Source of the DNA: Chrysemys picta bellii | Lineage: Eukaryota | Assembly (NCBI RefSeq): GCF_011386835.1 | Contig: NC_088791.1 | Location: 179,924,001 to 179,988,000 of the forward strand | DNA length: 64,000 nt | Direction: 5' to 3' | In this document: positions 48,150-63,050 of the stretch, in pieces | How positions within the stretch are numbered: the first letter of the stretch is position 1 | How the letters are laid out: each line of letters opens with the position of its first letter | Notes under the pieces: generated by a model | What the model was told of the DNA's origin: nothing | Databases searched by the model: none | Seen by the model: the letters and a program-made list of their open reading frames with translations, nothing else | Translations under genes and position numbers: made by a program

Positions 48150-48452
48150 GTGATTTGATAAGGGTGTTTTGAAAAGTTTGAGAGGTGGATGAGCTAGTAG
48201 ATTTTCCATAGAGGATCTGTTATTTGTACTTTGTAAAATAAAAGCTGAGTATATTCAGTTTAGAAAAATTGAGTGCCATACACACCTGCAAGTTACTGTT
48301 AATGGGTTTTTACTTTCAATATAAAATACTGCTAAAATACATATTTGCAGTTTTTTTGAAGTCTCCAAGTACTGGCTGTTTCCTCTGAAATCAGATAAAC
48401 TACTCCCCTCTTTACATTTGTAGCATGTTTGTATACATTATGGAGAAAGTGG

Positions 48453-48456
<4 letters not shown>

Positions 48457-48526
<70 letters not shown>
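48457..48526. repeat. (TA)n microsatellite, about 35 units
   Basis: Direct observation. Confidence 0.98.
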
Positions 48527-48531
<5 letters not shown>

Positions 48532-50450
48532 CGCATGACAGTTGTAGTCATCTGTTACTTTTTGCACAGTGGAACACCTAATTCCTTTATCCAGATTTTT
48601 TCCATGCCTATGGGCAGACATGTCTTTTCATTTATTAGAGCTGTCTCATTCCTCTGGAATCCATTTAGGTTATAACTGAGTGCTTGAAAGCTTTCATTGC
48701 TAACAGTGTCTATTTAGAAACTTGATGGACTGGTAATCGGAGCTAAGCAGGTAATGTTCCTTTTGAATTCAAGTCAAGCTGAGGACAATTTTGAAGTGGG
48801 CTTGTGTGGCACTTGCTAGCTCTGCAAGACTGTGGCTTAGCCTCTGTCATATATAGCTGAGTATTTTCATTTGTCTTTGCTTTCTTTTAAAAACTTTGAT
48901 TGAATCCCCTTTTTTCATGGTTGGTTTGACTCTCCTTAGCACCAGCTCTCTAAAAACATTGCATTTGCTTTTTAAGTATTTGTAACAGGAAATTTTGAAC
49001 TGAGATTGTGGTGGGAAGCAGTAAAAATATGAAACATTTATATTAAGATTTGATGGGCATATAAAAATCATTGATGTTTGTGATTTAGCTCAGAATTGTT
49101 TAGGGTTTTTGCTTTTTCTATTATAAAAAGAAAAGAAAAAAGTTTCCATTGCAAAAAGATGGGGTTTATCTTTATATGCAAAGCAGGTAATACAGCGACT
49201 GAAAACTATATTGAAAAGGTTTGTAAACTCAGTGTGTGCTAGAGCTATCCACATTGGGGCACTTTATTGTCCCTCCCCACCAGTATCCAATTAAAAAACA
49301 TGGTGAGCTCCTTATTCATGCACATGGTACCCTATGGTTTGAAATGGTAAGTTCTGTTAAGTTTCCATCTGTAAATATTTGGTTCCACTCTTTCTCTCTA
49401 TATATAATGTAATGTAAAAACATAGGCCCCGGTCTTCAAACTTCAGTGCCTAAAGTTAGGGATCAAAATCCATAGTTAGGTACTTAACTAAAGTGATTGG
49501 ATTTAAAGATATGGTTAGCACACACAGATGCCTTCGTAGTTAATGGTGTCTACTCACATGAGTGAGGGTTTGCCAGCATGAGCCCTATGTTTGTCGTGAC
49601 ACAACCAACTGTACCTTTACAGAAGCTCAACTCTTTTGATAAGGCTCTTTTAACTCCTTCAGCAAGGATTCCAAAATGAATCCATGTGCACTAATTGATT
49701 CCTGAGCTTTAATACCTAGTTGGAAGCATGTAATAAATACCCAAGCTTTACTGGTATTCTTTGATTTTTCTCTGCATGAAAATTGGATTTTTATAGCCTT
49801 TCACAGGAAATTAATAAACTAACTCCTACAGAACTTGTATGGCACTTCTATTTTTTTAAAATGGTGTTTAATGTTCAGTTTAGTTCCCTTTTTTGGTTTT
49901 GAGGTGAATAATTAGTTTGTCTGTTGTATCTTCGTGATGTATTTTTAACAACATCTACATTTTATTTTTGTTGCCATCAGCTGTGCTTCATTTCTTGGAG
50001 CTACAAAATTTATTACTGAGCTGTGATAACTTGGAAATGTAATGAGGACACTGTCAGTGTATCTGCAATAGGTGCCTGCTCTGTTTTACTTGGGAGTAAG
50101 ATGCATGTGAGTCCCTGCTTCTGGCAGATGGGGATTCTGCACAATACAATGATCCTGAAGATGGTCTGGCTGATGCAAGAGCTGTGGAACAGCTCTTTAG
50201 CAGCTCTACCTTCGGGACCCATAAAACCCCTTAAAAGCATGAGCTACTTCTTCCTTGACTGACCTTTCATGGATCCTGTCTCCCTTTGCTCACTCTCCAA
50301 CTGTGGAGGCAGCTACAGGTCTGCAGCTGCAGTAACCCTTGCAGAGATGGCATGCGGGGTGGGGACAGAGAAGACCAGTGGGAAAGAAAGAGAGAAGTAC
50401 ATCCCTATGTGTGTGACTAGCACTTCAAGTGATAATAGGTGCAGCCCCAT

Positions 50451-50970
50451 CTGTTACAATTAAAGTGCCTCCACAGTTGAAGAAAATAAGCAAAGTCACA
50501 TGACAGGCAGGTCATGTGGCTAAAATCAGGCCTTCTGGGATGGAGAGAAAAACAGAAGCCTCTGGAGATCCAAGGGGGGATGAGAGAGGGCCGACAGCCT
50601 AGAGAGGAGAATGGCAGGGAAGCTTTCCTTCCTGCTTGAATCATAAACCAGCCCAGGAAGGAGGACTGTGGAATCCATTATCCAGAGGGAAGCTGGAGTT
50701 GCGAGTTCAAGGACTTGGACAGGATGAGATTTGGGGAAATAGACTCTCCATAGAAACCAGGGCCACAGTGGGACATACAGAGCTCCCTCTCTCAGAGGTA
50801 ACTGTAGGGGGAACCAGGAACCTGAAGCCCTGGATCCAGGGTGAAACTGGAAACCCCAGGAGGGAAGAGTTTGGGCCCCAAAGGGACAAAATCGACTCTT
50901 TCCCCTAAGGACATAATAAATTGAATCCCAGGAAGGGAAATGTTAAGTAGTCTAGACTGTGAACTTGTTA
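50451..50970 (+). mobile_element. Possible solo LTR
   Basis: Begins tgttac, purine-rich body, aataaa at ~50915, ends ..ttgttac; no TSD confirmed. Confidence 0.35.
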
Positions 50971-53900
50971 CTGGATGGATACTTTACTGAGAGAATGAGG
51001 AGGGGACTGCGGGTGGGTTGCTTGCAGTGCAGTGCAATGCCATGCCATGAGATGAGGAGACAAGGCCCTGCTACAGGGTATGCATTTGTGTATGGAGAGA
51101 CTTGTAGGTAATTGGGAATAGCTGCAATGTCCCCTGACAGAATTGTCGTGTAAGAAAGTAGTATGAAGGAGCCCATCCACCCTGTCTGACAGCTGTCTTT
51201 TGGAGCTTTTAGACGACATATTGTTGGGACTGCGTGGCTCCTGTATGTGTTCAGAGACTCTCTGACAGTGTTCTCAGAGTCCTGGGAAGTTGAGAACAGG
51301 TTCATGCTTCTGTATAATTACTCTGGATTCATGCCACAGGATTCCCATTTTGCTCCTTGGCTGCAAAGTCAAGCTAAACCATGAAGCTCCAGGTGCCCAG
51401 AGTCAGGATTTTCCTCATATTATACATCTGACTTCTTAAAAATAAACATTAAGTAGCAACAAGTGAAATGGCACACTTCATATTACAGGAACCCGAGGAA
51501 AGCATTGCACTTGCAAAGATCAATAAAGTAAGAAGCTAATTTTCAACATGATTGTTTGGAAGATTGTTAAATTATACATGCATGTAATATGTGGTGGAAG
51601 AACTCAGACTTTAAGCTTCTGATAATACTGAAAGTGGATCTCTTAAAGAATGGAATAACATGAATGGCTTTAAAGCTGTATTGCACAAGGAGGGTTGACA
51701 GCTAACACCTATCCATTTCTCTAAATAAACAGCCTTCTCAAATGTATTCCTGGAAAATCAAGAGCAGCATGCACCAGCTGCTTTATAACTGTTAATGTTC
51801 CCAAAGGAGTGTTTAAAAAAGAAATTGATTTAAGAAAAAAAAAAAAAAACAATGACCACATGCAGTTTATATCTTTTATAAAATGGTGAGTGTTTGAGTC
51901 CATTCTGAGTCAAAATATGCTAAATGGGATACATTTTTGTTTTAGTCAACTTGGATCTAGTGAAGGGTGCTGGATTAACAGCACTGGGAAATGAAGTCAT
52001 CTCTATACTGAGCAGAATATCAGTAGTACAGCCTAACCCACACTACCCTGCCTTGAGCCTCAACCCTGTTGTAAGGGAATCATGTGTAAGGGTGTGTGGA
52101 TATGTAATAATCCACACACTCACATGGTCATCAGCAGAGTTTAAATTTTTTACCTTCAGCACCAAAACAGAGATCTTCACCACTTGAGTTATCTTTGCTA
52201 TACCAACTCGGTGCGTATTGCAAAGAGCAGCCTAAAAGTGCACATATTTAAAAAAAAATTAAAAATCCCCACAGCATGTTAGTTATGGTTCCAAAAGCTT
52301 CAGTTGTCAATAATGATACTACAGTGCTTTAGACAAATATTAATATTTATTTGTATCACAGTAGCATCTAGTGGCCCCAATCAGAAGCTGTATAAGCATA
52401 TAACACAAAGGGACCTTAGCAAGAGAGTTTATAATCTCACAGTTCAGAACAACAAACAAACAGAAGGATCTCAAAGCAATAGTAAAACAATTGATTACCA
52501 GCAGAAGCAGCTGTCATAGTAGGATGAATGCTTCTATAGCCTATAACCAAGCCTTCTCAAGCATTCAGACCTCCTCAAAAAGGAAGAAAACTTTTCTTTT
52601 ATATTACCATAGCTGCCAGTATATGAACCTGTGTTCACTGCCATTTCATTGAATAATCTTCTGTTCACTCTGAAGACACAAGTATTACCATGCAAGCCAG
52701 ATGTTTCTTCTATCACTATTAGGAAACAAGGCAATATCTCTGTTCCCATAGCCCCTATCTGTATACTACCCAAGTCCTACCTCAAACCAATAGTCCTTTT
52801 TATCCAGACCAAGACTAGAACTCAATGGATGGGTCCATAATCCAATGATCAAGCTTTGTTCCCTGATGTTGCTTATTAAGTCTCCTGGTCCTATGATAAC
52901 TCAGTCACTTTCTAAAACCATATTAAATATAGTCATTCCAACATCAAATGGGTGCCATCTGGCTAATATAAAAACCGCACTGTCCCTTGTAAAATTATTC
53001 TGTGAAATCACAAAACTTCCTAAATTATTTGCTCTAATTTCTCTGTTATTCTGTGTTTTAGGGCTTCTTGTAAACCTCCATATGTTTCAATGCATTGTGT
53101 TCACTACAAGAACACCATTCTTACTGAATAGTGTCGGGTGAAAAATGAAGACTGTCTTGATGTGCACATTAGAATGTTAAAGCTTTGTGTTGTGCCATCA
53201 AGTTCATTACCTTCCAGGTGCATGTTAGGCCCTACAGTGCTTTTAAGAGCATAAAATATTGATTGCCCATATACTTTGGTCTGTTGATAAAATGCTTCTT
53301 TTCCCAAGCTGGAAAAGTAACTCCAACTGACAGATTCAAACTTGTTGAGTCTCCTGGCTCCAAAACCAGTCATGTCTTTATTTTACTTTTTTATTTCTCT
53401 TTCCTTTTTCTTTTTTGCTTTACTTTTCTGCAATGTCTTATGTGGAATAGTTTCTACAAATCCAGATCTTTTTACAAAATTATCTGTTTGCTAAGCTAAG
53501 AAAACAATATAATATAAAATTCGGTATCTGAACCTACCACCCAGTAACCCAGTTTTCCCAGTAACTTCTTCTAACTCACCCAGTATGGGTGGCTGTGTGT
53601 GGGCCCCATTCCAAATAAATGCAGCCTACATTTTCATGGATTAAAACCTGCTGTGTTACAGATTTTCCATTTTCCAGTTGCATTGGTATTGGGGTATATA
53701 TAAACATGAAATTGCACATTCACATACTCTGAAAAGTTGCTGAGGAGACAGAATAACTTTGCCATAGTCAACATGCCCCCTTTCTTTTCTCCATTTCTCA
53801 CATTCTTTTGTGTATGATTACTTGTCCAATGGCAACTTGTCTATATGAGCATTATTTCATCCACTGCTGAAGTGATTTCAGGTTGCAAACACTACAAAAA

Positions 53901-56468
53901 TAATCTAAACAGTTTTGGAGAGATCTGACCTTACTAGTGTAACCTCAAAAGCAGTACAACATAGCTTGTGAGTAGAAAGCTATTTGTATTTGAACAAGAT
54001 CTCTTTTGACTTTGCTTGCATATTCCCATTATGCTCTTCATTCTAAGTATCCACATGGAGACACAATAACTCAGAATTCAGTAGAAATGGATAGTTTTGC
54101 CAGCTGTGACAATACCAATGCATGGGTCTTACGTATCAGTCTTTGATTGATTGATTTGATTGTATTTGAGGTCCAGTCCAAAACCCATCAAAGTCAATTA
54201 GTCTCATACAATGGGTTAGACACATACTTCTCTGTAAATGTGTGAGATTAGATAGCACCAAAGACTGTATTTCCGTCTCCACAACATGGGCAAAGTCAGT
54301 CCAAGCTTCCCCTCCCTTCTACCAATGTGCCTCAACCCTGGTGGTTCTTCTGGGACCCATTCAAAGTGTGAGATGGTGGTTAAATTGGGATGCCCTTTTG
54401 GTTCCTAGCCCTTCTGTTTGGAGTCCCAGAAAGCATAGCAACTTGTGCAAAGCATGATGGCTTTTCATGATGCGGAAGCTAGACTGGGACTGTTAAATCA
54501 TCTCACATAAGCCATGGAAAAGCCATTGATTTTTTTTGTAATGACTTTTAGCCATTACCAGCCTAGGACAGATTCAGATAAGTGACTTGGAGACAAAAGG
54601 CTTGAGTCATTCAGTTCTCCAAGTGCAGGACTCTTAAGAATGAAATATTTTACACAGTAGTAAAAACAATTGGTATTACCCTTGTGTTATGATTATCTTG
54701 TCTCTGGGAGAATGTGTAAGAAATGTCATTGTGATTTTTTTTTAAGTACCAACTGTTTCAAGGATAGATGCCTAAAGTTAAACACCAAAATAAAAAGGCT
54801 TTTAGAGTTAATAGCATCTGCAGGTCCCAGTGAGTTTGATCAGAGTTGCAACAACAACAAAACCGGGCCATTTTGAATTAGGTGTCTAATTATGGATGTA
54901 AGTGTCTAATTGTAGGCAGCCAAGTTTGAATATTTTCACTTAAAGCTTTAATCACGTTTCCATAATGTGACAAAAAATTATGCCCAAACCTTAATTATGA
55001 AGTGGGTACTACAGCTCTACAATAACATAGGTGAAAACTTTACTGAAAACTGTCATAAGCTTTTAAACAAATTTAAGCAAACACACTAAGGGAACACTGT
55101 AATAAAGACAATGTGTAAAGCCCCATAAACAATGGACACTAAACATTGGCTTTATGTCTGGCACCAAAATAAGGAAGACAAATCCTTTGTTTTGGAACCC
55201 TAATATACAAGGAATATTTATAGTGTTTGAAGAAAAGCGGCCTCTGTTTTTTTTAAAACAGATGCCAGCATGGCTTAATGCTGATTTAACCCTAATGGCC
55301 AAATTCTTCTCACAGTAGCACCTCGGTAAATCCAGAATAACTAGCTCAAGAAATCAGGGCAGTTTACACCAATATAAGTGGAAGCAGGATTTTGCCAAAC
55401 AAGTTTAATGTTTACTCCAGCCACCAAAGCTGAAAAAGTTCAAAGTTCAGTGTGCCAGATTTTCAGCTGGTGTAAATTGGCAAATTTGATTTAAATGGAG
55501 TGACCCCAATTTACATCATCCGAGGATTAGACCATAGTGTTCTTCATTAGCTTAAACTGCTCCCATGACAGAGGCCATCTTGCATCACACTTCTCTCCTT
55601 TAATTAATTCCAAATTCATTGCCTTCTGATACACCAGGAAACTGCTGCATGCTGAACTTGGTAACTACGCTAATTTCTACAAGGACTCTCCATTAAAGCA
55701 TTTGAAGCGCACACATTAATCGTCTAGATTTCTTATTGTATTCAGAGGTTAATTTTATAATAGGCTGTGAAGTTTATTTTTACACCTCTTGGTCTCTGTT
55801 ACCTTCCCCCAGGGATGTTACATTATGTAGAAGAGTCAAGTGCTGTAGTAACCAAAAACCTGCAGAGCTGGTGCCCCCTGTTTCTCCCCCCCTCTGGGGC
55901 AATTCAGATTTTTCTGTAACATCCATTTTAACATTCTCTGGTTGAGAGCACTAGTCCTCATTCCCTCTGCTATTAGGATATTCAGCAGGGCTGTGAATTG
56001 GTTGAAATCTAGCCTAAATGGGTAGTATACAAATGGCTCCCTGCCCCCCAACTTCACAAACCCATTTGTTTTGAATGGGGCTATTCCCATATAAGCAGTG
56101 GTGTTTAAAATGGATAGACACGTTAGTCAAATTTGCCACATCCCAGAGCTTCAAAGCAAGTGCTGTAGGCATGGCACTAAATTAGAGCCTCCCAATATAC
56201 CCATTGTTCTCTTACTGCATCTCTCCTCTTGTCCACTGTGCTCTGTCGATGATACCAGCCTTGAACACCATTTGTCTACTTCTCTGTTCTTTCTTCTCCA
56301 CTGCCTCTTATAGATGAAAAGCCTTCCCAGAGCTAATCAGTAAGGCCACGACTTTCTTCAGACCCAATCTTTAGACCCCCTTTGCTGTGACACCTACAGG
56401 AAATCAATCAGCCAACTAATGATGACCAGGTTGAGGGGGAAACTCAAATGCATTATTCTTTTTTATTA

Positions 56469-56822
56469 ATAGGTTTGGAAGGATTAGATTTTATCGGTAA
56501 AAGTTGGTAAACATCGATTTCACTGTATACACACAAATCAACAAAGATATTTCCATTGATAATTGAAATGTATAGATAGTCTAAGTAAGAAAAATGCTGC
56601 TTAAGAACTTAGCAGAGTTTGATTTAATGTGACGATAATTTGTTTTAACAATTATAAAGATTTAACTATTTGAATCTCAATGTCTGTCATTAAATAATTA
56701 TTTTGACATCCATCATTCCCTCAACTGTGAAGATTTAAATCACCAAACATCAAAAATGTTTAAAAATAAACTTTGATATCTGTCAACATTATAAAAAAAT
56801 AAAAAACAAATTCTGCCAAGCA
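56469..56822. mobile_element. Non-autonomous DNA transposon (turtle AT-rich family)
   Basis: TIR-like aggtttggaag ... ctgccaagca; internal sequence recalled as a common turtle repeat. Confidence 0.6.
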
Positions 56823-57370
56823 TATTCAAAGTTTTGAAAAAACTTCTCATATTTTGAACCCACGAAACTGTGATTCTCTCATCTCCCCTTCCCCATTCTC
56901 TCTGTAGTTCATGGCACTTGCTGTTCCTCTTTTCAAATCAGATGGTACACTTTTGGAGGATGGGCCCATTTCTTCATAACTCTGGCTCTTCCAACTTTTG
57001 TTCCTCAGTGTTCCTTCACTTCCCGATAACAGCTGGAGCCCAGATTTGCTCTCAGATGCAGCTTGATTTCCCCTCCTCCTCCCCCCCCCATTGTTTCTAC
57101 ACCATCACCTTCATTTTTCTCAACTCTGAACCGAACATAACTTTCAATTGGTCCAACCTCTCTCCTGTAATTTGGAATTCAGAATAGAGGTGTGTTGTTC
57201 ACCTTCTGCCAACCTTCTCAAGTTGAGTGGTGCTTTATTCCTCTATAAACCCCACTGATTTCAATGTGACTACATGTTGAGTAAGGCGCTGCACAATGTA
57301 GTGTGGCAGAATTTGACCCAGGATATGTAGCAAAGTGTCTTACAAATTACTGAGAACAACATTTGTAGCA

Positions 57371-57513
57371 TAGGGGCTCAATCCTGAAAGAGAGAAGCCC
57401 TCTGGCTGCAATCCACCAAAGCACTTAAGTATTTGCTTAAAGTTAAGCACATGCTTAAGTGCTTTGATGGACTGAGACCAGAGGGCTCAGTCCCTTGCAG
57501 GACCAAAACCATA
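57371..57513. repeat. Nested ancient hairpin elements
   Basis: Inner palindrome caatccaccaaagcacttaag...cttaagtgctttgatggactg between outer arms gccctctgg / ccagagggc. Confidence 0.65.
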
Positions 57514-60500
57514 GTCAGTGGTGCCTTCCATGACTGGGCAGGCTGGCTCTTGGGGCAACCCTGTACTGTGTTTAAATAAATCTAGGAACTAGAGAGCCTG
57601 AGAAAACAACAGGAGCTTGTCTGTAACCAGCAGCCTGAGTAAAGAAATCTCTGTATATCCATCACCCACAAGTACAATCTCTTCTGTACCGTCAGAGAGA
57701 CAATAAACTATTGCCTTATAGTCATTTTAGCAGACAGAGATTGTGTCACTTCCTCTTCTGCTATAATCTTATCTGGATTGTTGAATAAAAGTGTGCTATT
57801 GGTAGTGACCAAAATGTGTTCTTACACAAGCTAGCTTTTGCTGAATTCTATCAGGAGATTTTTTTTATTTTTTTTCAGGACTCAGCCAACTGGTTCACAT
57901 TATAACAGAACTAGCCTTCATTATCTCCTGAAACTTAAACTAATGTTGTGAGGTGCCACAAAACTTGGTTTAGTTTCTTTCTTTCTTAAATAATTTTTGT
58001 CTGGCTTAGCAGTGCCTGGCTTGAAGGGCAAGAAGTGGAAGAGCAGAGACATTCTTGTGACACTCCCTATCCATAACTGAAAACAACATAAGGACTCTTT
58101 GGATGTTTATCTGTGATCAAAAGTCCTTATTTAGCCAAGACTTCCATTGTTTTACCTGAGGAAGGTTTTGGTCCCTGGACTTTTTGTTTGATATGTCTTT
58201 TCAAAGAAAAGGCCTTTGAATTTCCCTAAAATTCAATAAAATCAGTAGACAGAGGGGTTAAAAAACACAAACCCATACTATTCATCCTACGGTACAAATC
58301 ACTATTACATTATGAAATATGGTGGGCAGGATTTAAATTTTTCATTTTTTCTCTTCAATAGTTAGTTTATTTTTAATTAAGTTGGCAAGACTGCAGTTAT
58401 CTTAAGTAACTCAATAAATTATGTATTCATTTAAAAGGCCTACACTGAAGCTTAGTACCAGTTGCACACATTTTGACAAATTTTAGGCAGAAAATGTCTC
58501 AGGAGAGTCCAGCTTTCTGTCTTTTAAAAGCTTTTATAATCATTTAGTCCAAAATGGTGATGTAGGCCAGAGTTTGAATCCATGGCATATTGCTATAATG
58601 CTGCATTAGCTTAATCCTTCATTTTCTTGTCAATTAAGGACTTATCTTTATTCACAGATTCTCTTATCTGTTGTTCTTAGTGTATTTTAATGCTAGTAGT
58701 TAAAATCCCTTTGTTTATGGCAATAAGGCACCATTCAGTTTGTGAACTTTATAAAACCAACTTCTGCCAATTTTGCTGTTTGAGAATAGCTGTAAAGAAG
58801 TGTTCCCACAGTAATTACTTATTCCAGAGATGTTCGCTAAAGAATGAAGTAAGGGGAAAGTGTATAAAACAATTGTACACCAACAGAGGCAAGTTTTACC
58901 AAGCACTTTCCCAGCATCTACAGACCACTAACCAAAACACACACAATAAAACCCCACAAGCCTTGCAAAATAGTACCAGAAAAATCTGTTTTCTTTAATG
59001 CAGTTACATATAGTGACTTTGCAAATATTGGCAATTACTTAAGGTAGTCACATTTAAATAAGAACTCAGCCAAAAAGATTGGGAAATGGCAAATAGAGAG
59101 GTAAGGGGGGAATTTTGAACACAGGTCTCAGCTGTCAGTCTGTGACTAGTATGGGTCATGGGTAGCGTCACTCATTTCTAATACCCATTTATTCACATTG
59201 AAATAGGGACAGGAATGTTAAAATAACGAAGGAGGGAAACCTCAATAAAATGACAAATTAGGCAAAAAAACAAGCTGTTTTTGTATTTTTTAATAAAATT
59301 TCTTATCGTTTGGTTTAAAAAAAATCTTGAAATTTTAGTTCAAATGGAAGCTCAGGGTGGAAAGGAAAAGGGCATGCTGTTTTCTTTCATTAACTGTGGA
59401 ACACTATTTTCCTTAATAAGAGGTATTTCAAATTATTTATTTATTTTATTTATTGCAGCACCCATAAGACCCAGTCAGCATTGAGAGCCCATTGTACAAA
59501 ACTCTGTGAAGACTTTAATAGGCCCAGTGTTTCACCCATGTTCCATGCACCAAATTGCTCATGGCCTCAACTTACAAAATTGACTAGCAAATTTGGGTGC
59601 TTCCATTTTGAGCCATCTTGAAAAGAGTGCAGATCACCCCTCCTTTGAAAACCAGGGTGAAATCATGACACTCTTGTTGTCAGTTAACATTTTTCCTAAG
59701 CTCCTTTAAGTTGTTTCAAGTTGGACATCCAAAATCACTGCTCAGTTTTGAAAATTTAGGGTGACAATTGAAGAAGACAACTGACATACAAAGGGTATGT
59801 GTATGGGAAGCTGGAAGAATACAATCAAATATTTACATTTTTGTACACATATATTTGCATTTTTGGTTTGTTTAAATAAAGTAAGAATTAGCTGTCCCCA
59901 CTTGTTTTTCAGCCCAACCATCAAATGGCTTACCTCTTATGGGCATCGTGGCAGAGGTAGATCTTAAGGAGAAGGGTCCTTATGATCACTTCTTCCTCAT
60001 TATTAGGAGCAAAGGTTTAGGGGCAGTGTCTCTATCTTTCAGATGCCAATAGTGTTATATGCCTGATCTTTTAAACAGATAGTCCTATGTGAATAAGTGT
60101 GTGCCAGGTCAGTACCTTGTGTGAGAGTTTGGCATTGGATACCCAAGGAAGTTTTTTCTACGGAAGACAAAGAACAACTGCAAGTTTTACATTTCTTGAC
60201 ATATATACACCTGGGTATTTATTTATGAAACAAAAAAGAGGTGTATCCTGCTCCTGTTTAAACCAATTACTCTATGTACATGAGGAAGACAAGCAAGATT
60301 TGTACCAAAGTTTGCAGCTGAAACTGGCAGCTGCCATCTTTTTGTAAGAGCCCAATATCAGAGGCTGCAAACAATGTTTTGCTTGGATTTAATAAGAGTT
60401 AGAACTCATTGAGCTCCATAATTCTACAGCTAAAGGAATGCATGTGGAATTTCTTCATGACTAGATCTTCAGTTACCTGCTGCAAACAGGAACATGCAAA

Positions 60501-62789
60501 AAATAAAATAAAATAAAATCCAAGATTCACTTTAGGATTAGAAAATGTAAACATTTCCCCATCATTCAAAATGTTTACCTCTTTCTGCATAACACAGGGA
60601 TATGTGATACAAGGTAACCCTTCTGGTAGCACCTTGAATTATCTTGTTGATACAAATGGATTTTTCATTTTATTTCCATTTAAAAAAAACATTTCAAGTA
60701 TTGTGGATGTTTTTAGAGGATGAAGTTGGTGAAGAAGGAGGGAGAATAGGACAGGAGTTGTTTGTGTGTGGTTTTTTTTTTTTTTTAAAGTCAGAGGGAT
60801 TGATGGAAGGGCAACTGAAGCCAGAATTCGGCTGACGGATTCTTTATTACTATTAATCATGCATGAATTGTAAGGAACGGAGCTTGACTTTCAGATCCCA
60901 TACTGAGTGTGCAATGATGGCATTTGGAAAAACTATGGTCTGCATCCTCTGCACCTGTTCCAGCTGCATTTGCTCCGTTAATGGGGCAGCTGAGTATTCT
61001 TTTCTAGCACGGGAGTTCTCAGGTAGCACAAAGCCAACATACCCAATTCTTAGTGCCACTTCTTAACACTCCCTTCATCTCCACTGCCCGAAGTATAAAG
61101 TTGGTGTAGCTAGAGACTGAACCTCAAATTTGCACTTGTAAACTGGACAAATGTGATATGGAGTCATTGTAAGGCAAAATGCCATTTTGCCCTTTTAGTG
61201 GAATCCTCTTTCAGGATAGAGCATCACATATTAAGTTTAAATGCTGATTTAACCGTTCTATTTCTAATTGTCAAAATATTTTACAAGCAGGATAATAATT
61301 GCATTACAACCTGGAAAACTGGGCTCCCTTATTATTTTTACAAATGATGAGCCATTATCCTGCCACTCATTTTAACTTACAGCTTAATGGCAGGATATGA
61401 CCTGCTGTCACTTTTCCACAAGATGGCAGCTGTCAGCAGGAGGATCACGGTTTAGAAATGAGTCTCACCATGTGAATATCTAATATACAGCACTGATCTA
61501 AGTGAGTATTTTTTTCAGTAGTGCCTGGTTTTTAGAACTGCTATGTACCTGTCATAAAGACAGACAGAGCCTCTGTCTTTGTTGTGAACCAAAAGTGATC
61601 TCTGTAATCAATAGAGATTACTGAGAAAATGTATGACTGCTGGTTCCAGCTGACCTGCATACTGAACCCTGAGCTCCACACTCGTCTGCCTGGTTGAACT
61701 CTGACTCTTACTTTTGCATTCCACTTCTTGTTATTTAAAAGTGACATTTGCCTGCCAGAAACACAACTCGAGCAATAGCTATACAATATTGCCTAAGGAT
61801 GAATATGCTATTGAGACGATTTCACAATTGAGTTAGGTTTCCTTTTGCAAGGAAAATACTTTACATAGCAGTTGCTTGAAAACAAGGGCATTCTCCGTTT
61901 CCACTGCACTTTCCTGTGTTTATTTTAATTTTTTTGTAAACATTACTCTTGTGCCAAATTAGCTGTATTGCTTTTTTTGAAATCTGTGTGCCTGTATCAC
62001 ATCTTGCTTGCTTGATTTTAATCATTTGCCTGATTTTGAAAATAAGGCACAATCATTTTTGATTTCATACTGATGCATTAACCATCCAGAACCATTGAGA
62101 GAGAAACAAAAACATCATAAATTGTGAATATGTAATTTTATCATTTTTCCCATTACCTGTGCTATGATTTCTACAGTGCATTATGTTAATATGTTGTTGT
62201 AGTAATGGAAGTTAGATTACAAAATATTATCTTTCACTAGTATGTCACACTTTGGACTCCATTAAATGCTCCTGGTCTTTTAAGCAATCAACATGACAAA
62301 TGCTTAACTCAGAACTTTTGCTGATATACAGTGGATAATTTAATTGCCAGAAGTGATCATTTATAAAGGATGATTCTTCTTCAGACAACCGCCATCTTGT
62401 GGGGAAAATGAAGTCAGGCCACAACCTGCTATCAATCTTCCTGTAGAATTCCCACGAAAGTAAAGGAGAAGGTTTTAGCAAAACTTGATAGTGGGCTGAT
62501 TCTCCAACAACTCACCTTAATTAAATCTCTGAATTAAGGGTGATTTAATTCCCTTATTAAATAGCAAGGGGACACTAAGAATTAATTCTTTTAAAGTCCC
62601 CTTAAGTTCACTGCATGCTAACTCTCCCCCCACCCCGCCCAACAACTTACATCCTTCACCACCATAAGTCATAACAGTAAGAGGAAAACTAAGAAAACTC
62701 TAATCGATGTCTGGAAAGAAGTTCACCAGTCAGCTACATCCAATGCAATGCAATCAACAAACAGCTACCTCACATGGCACAGCCCCAAA

Positions 62790-63050
62790 CTGACAAACAG
62801 TAGTTCTTTGTCTTAAAAGTGGTCAACACAAGATGTGTGGTTAATAAGCCCTTCACCACTGACAAGTTTATCAGCAAGATGTTGAACCCGAGCTGTGTCA
62901 CAGAAACTGAGTAACTGAAACTGCAGGACTTTTTGTCCTGGCACCTTCCACCCCTCATCACTACCACCACCAAATACTCTATTCCCAACATATCCAGGCA
63001 CAGGGAGAAGAACAAATGTGGAGGTTGAGTAATCATTCTGTCCCTTTCTG
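62790..63050 (+). mobile_element. L2-type LINE endonuclease (APE) N-terminal fragment
   Basis: FVLKVVNTRCVVNKPFTTDKFISKMLNPSCVTET ... YSIPNISRHREKNKCGG*VII, matching the APE motifs N.RS..NK, .TETW and R..G.GGGV. Confidence 0.55.

Noticed and set aside
51489-51527. 39-nt exon candidate (EPEESIALAKINK)
   Set aside because: Good donor but poor pyrimidine tract; the phase-1 reading has a stop; chance occurrence likely.
52534-52850. Possible ancient L1/Tx1 ORF2 C-terminal relic (minus strand)
   Set aside because: Only vague motif resemblance; cannot be supported without an HMM search.
53104-53373. 89-aa minus-strand ORF with a donor-like GAAG|gtaatg
   Set aside because: Upstream sequence on that strand is purine-rich with no acceptor; no homology recognised.
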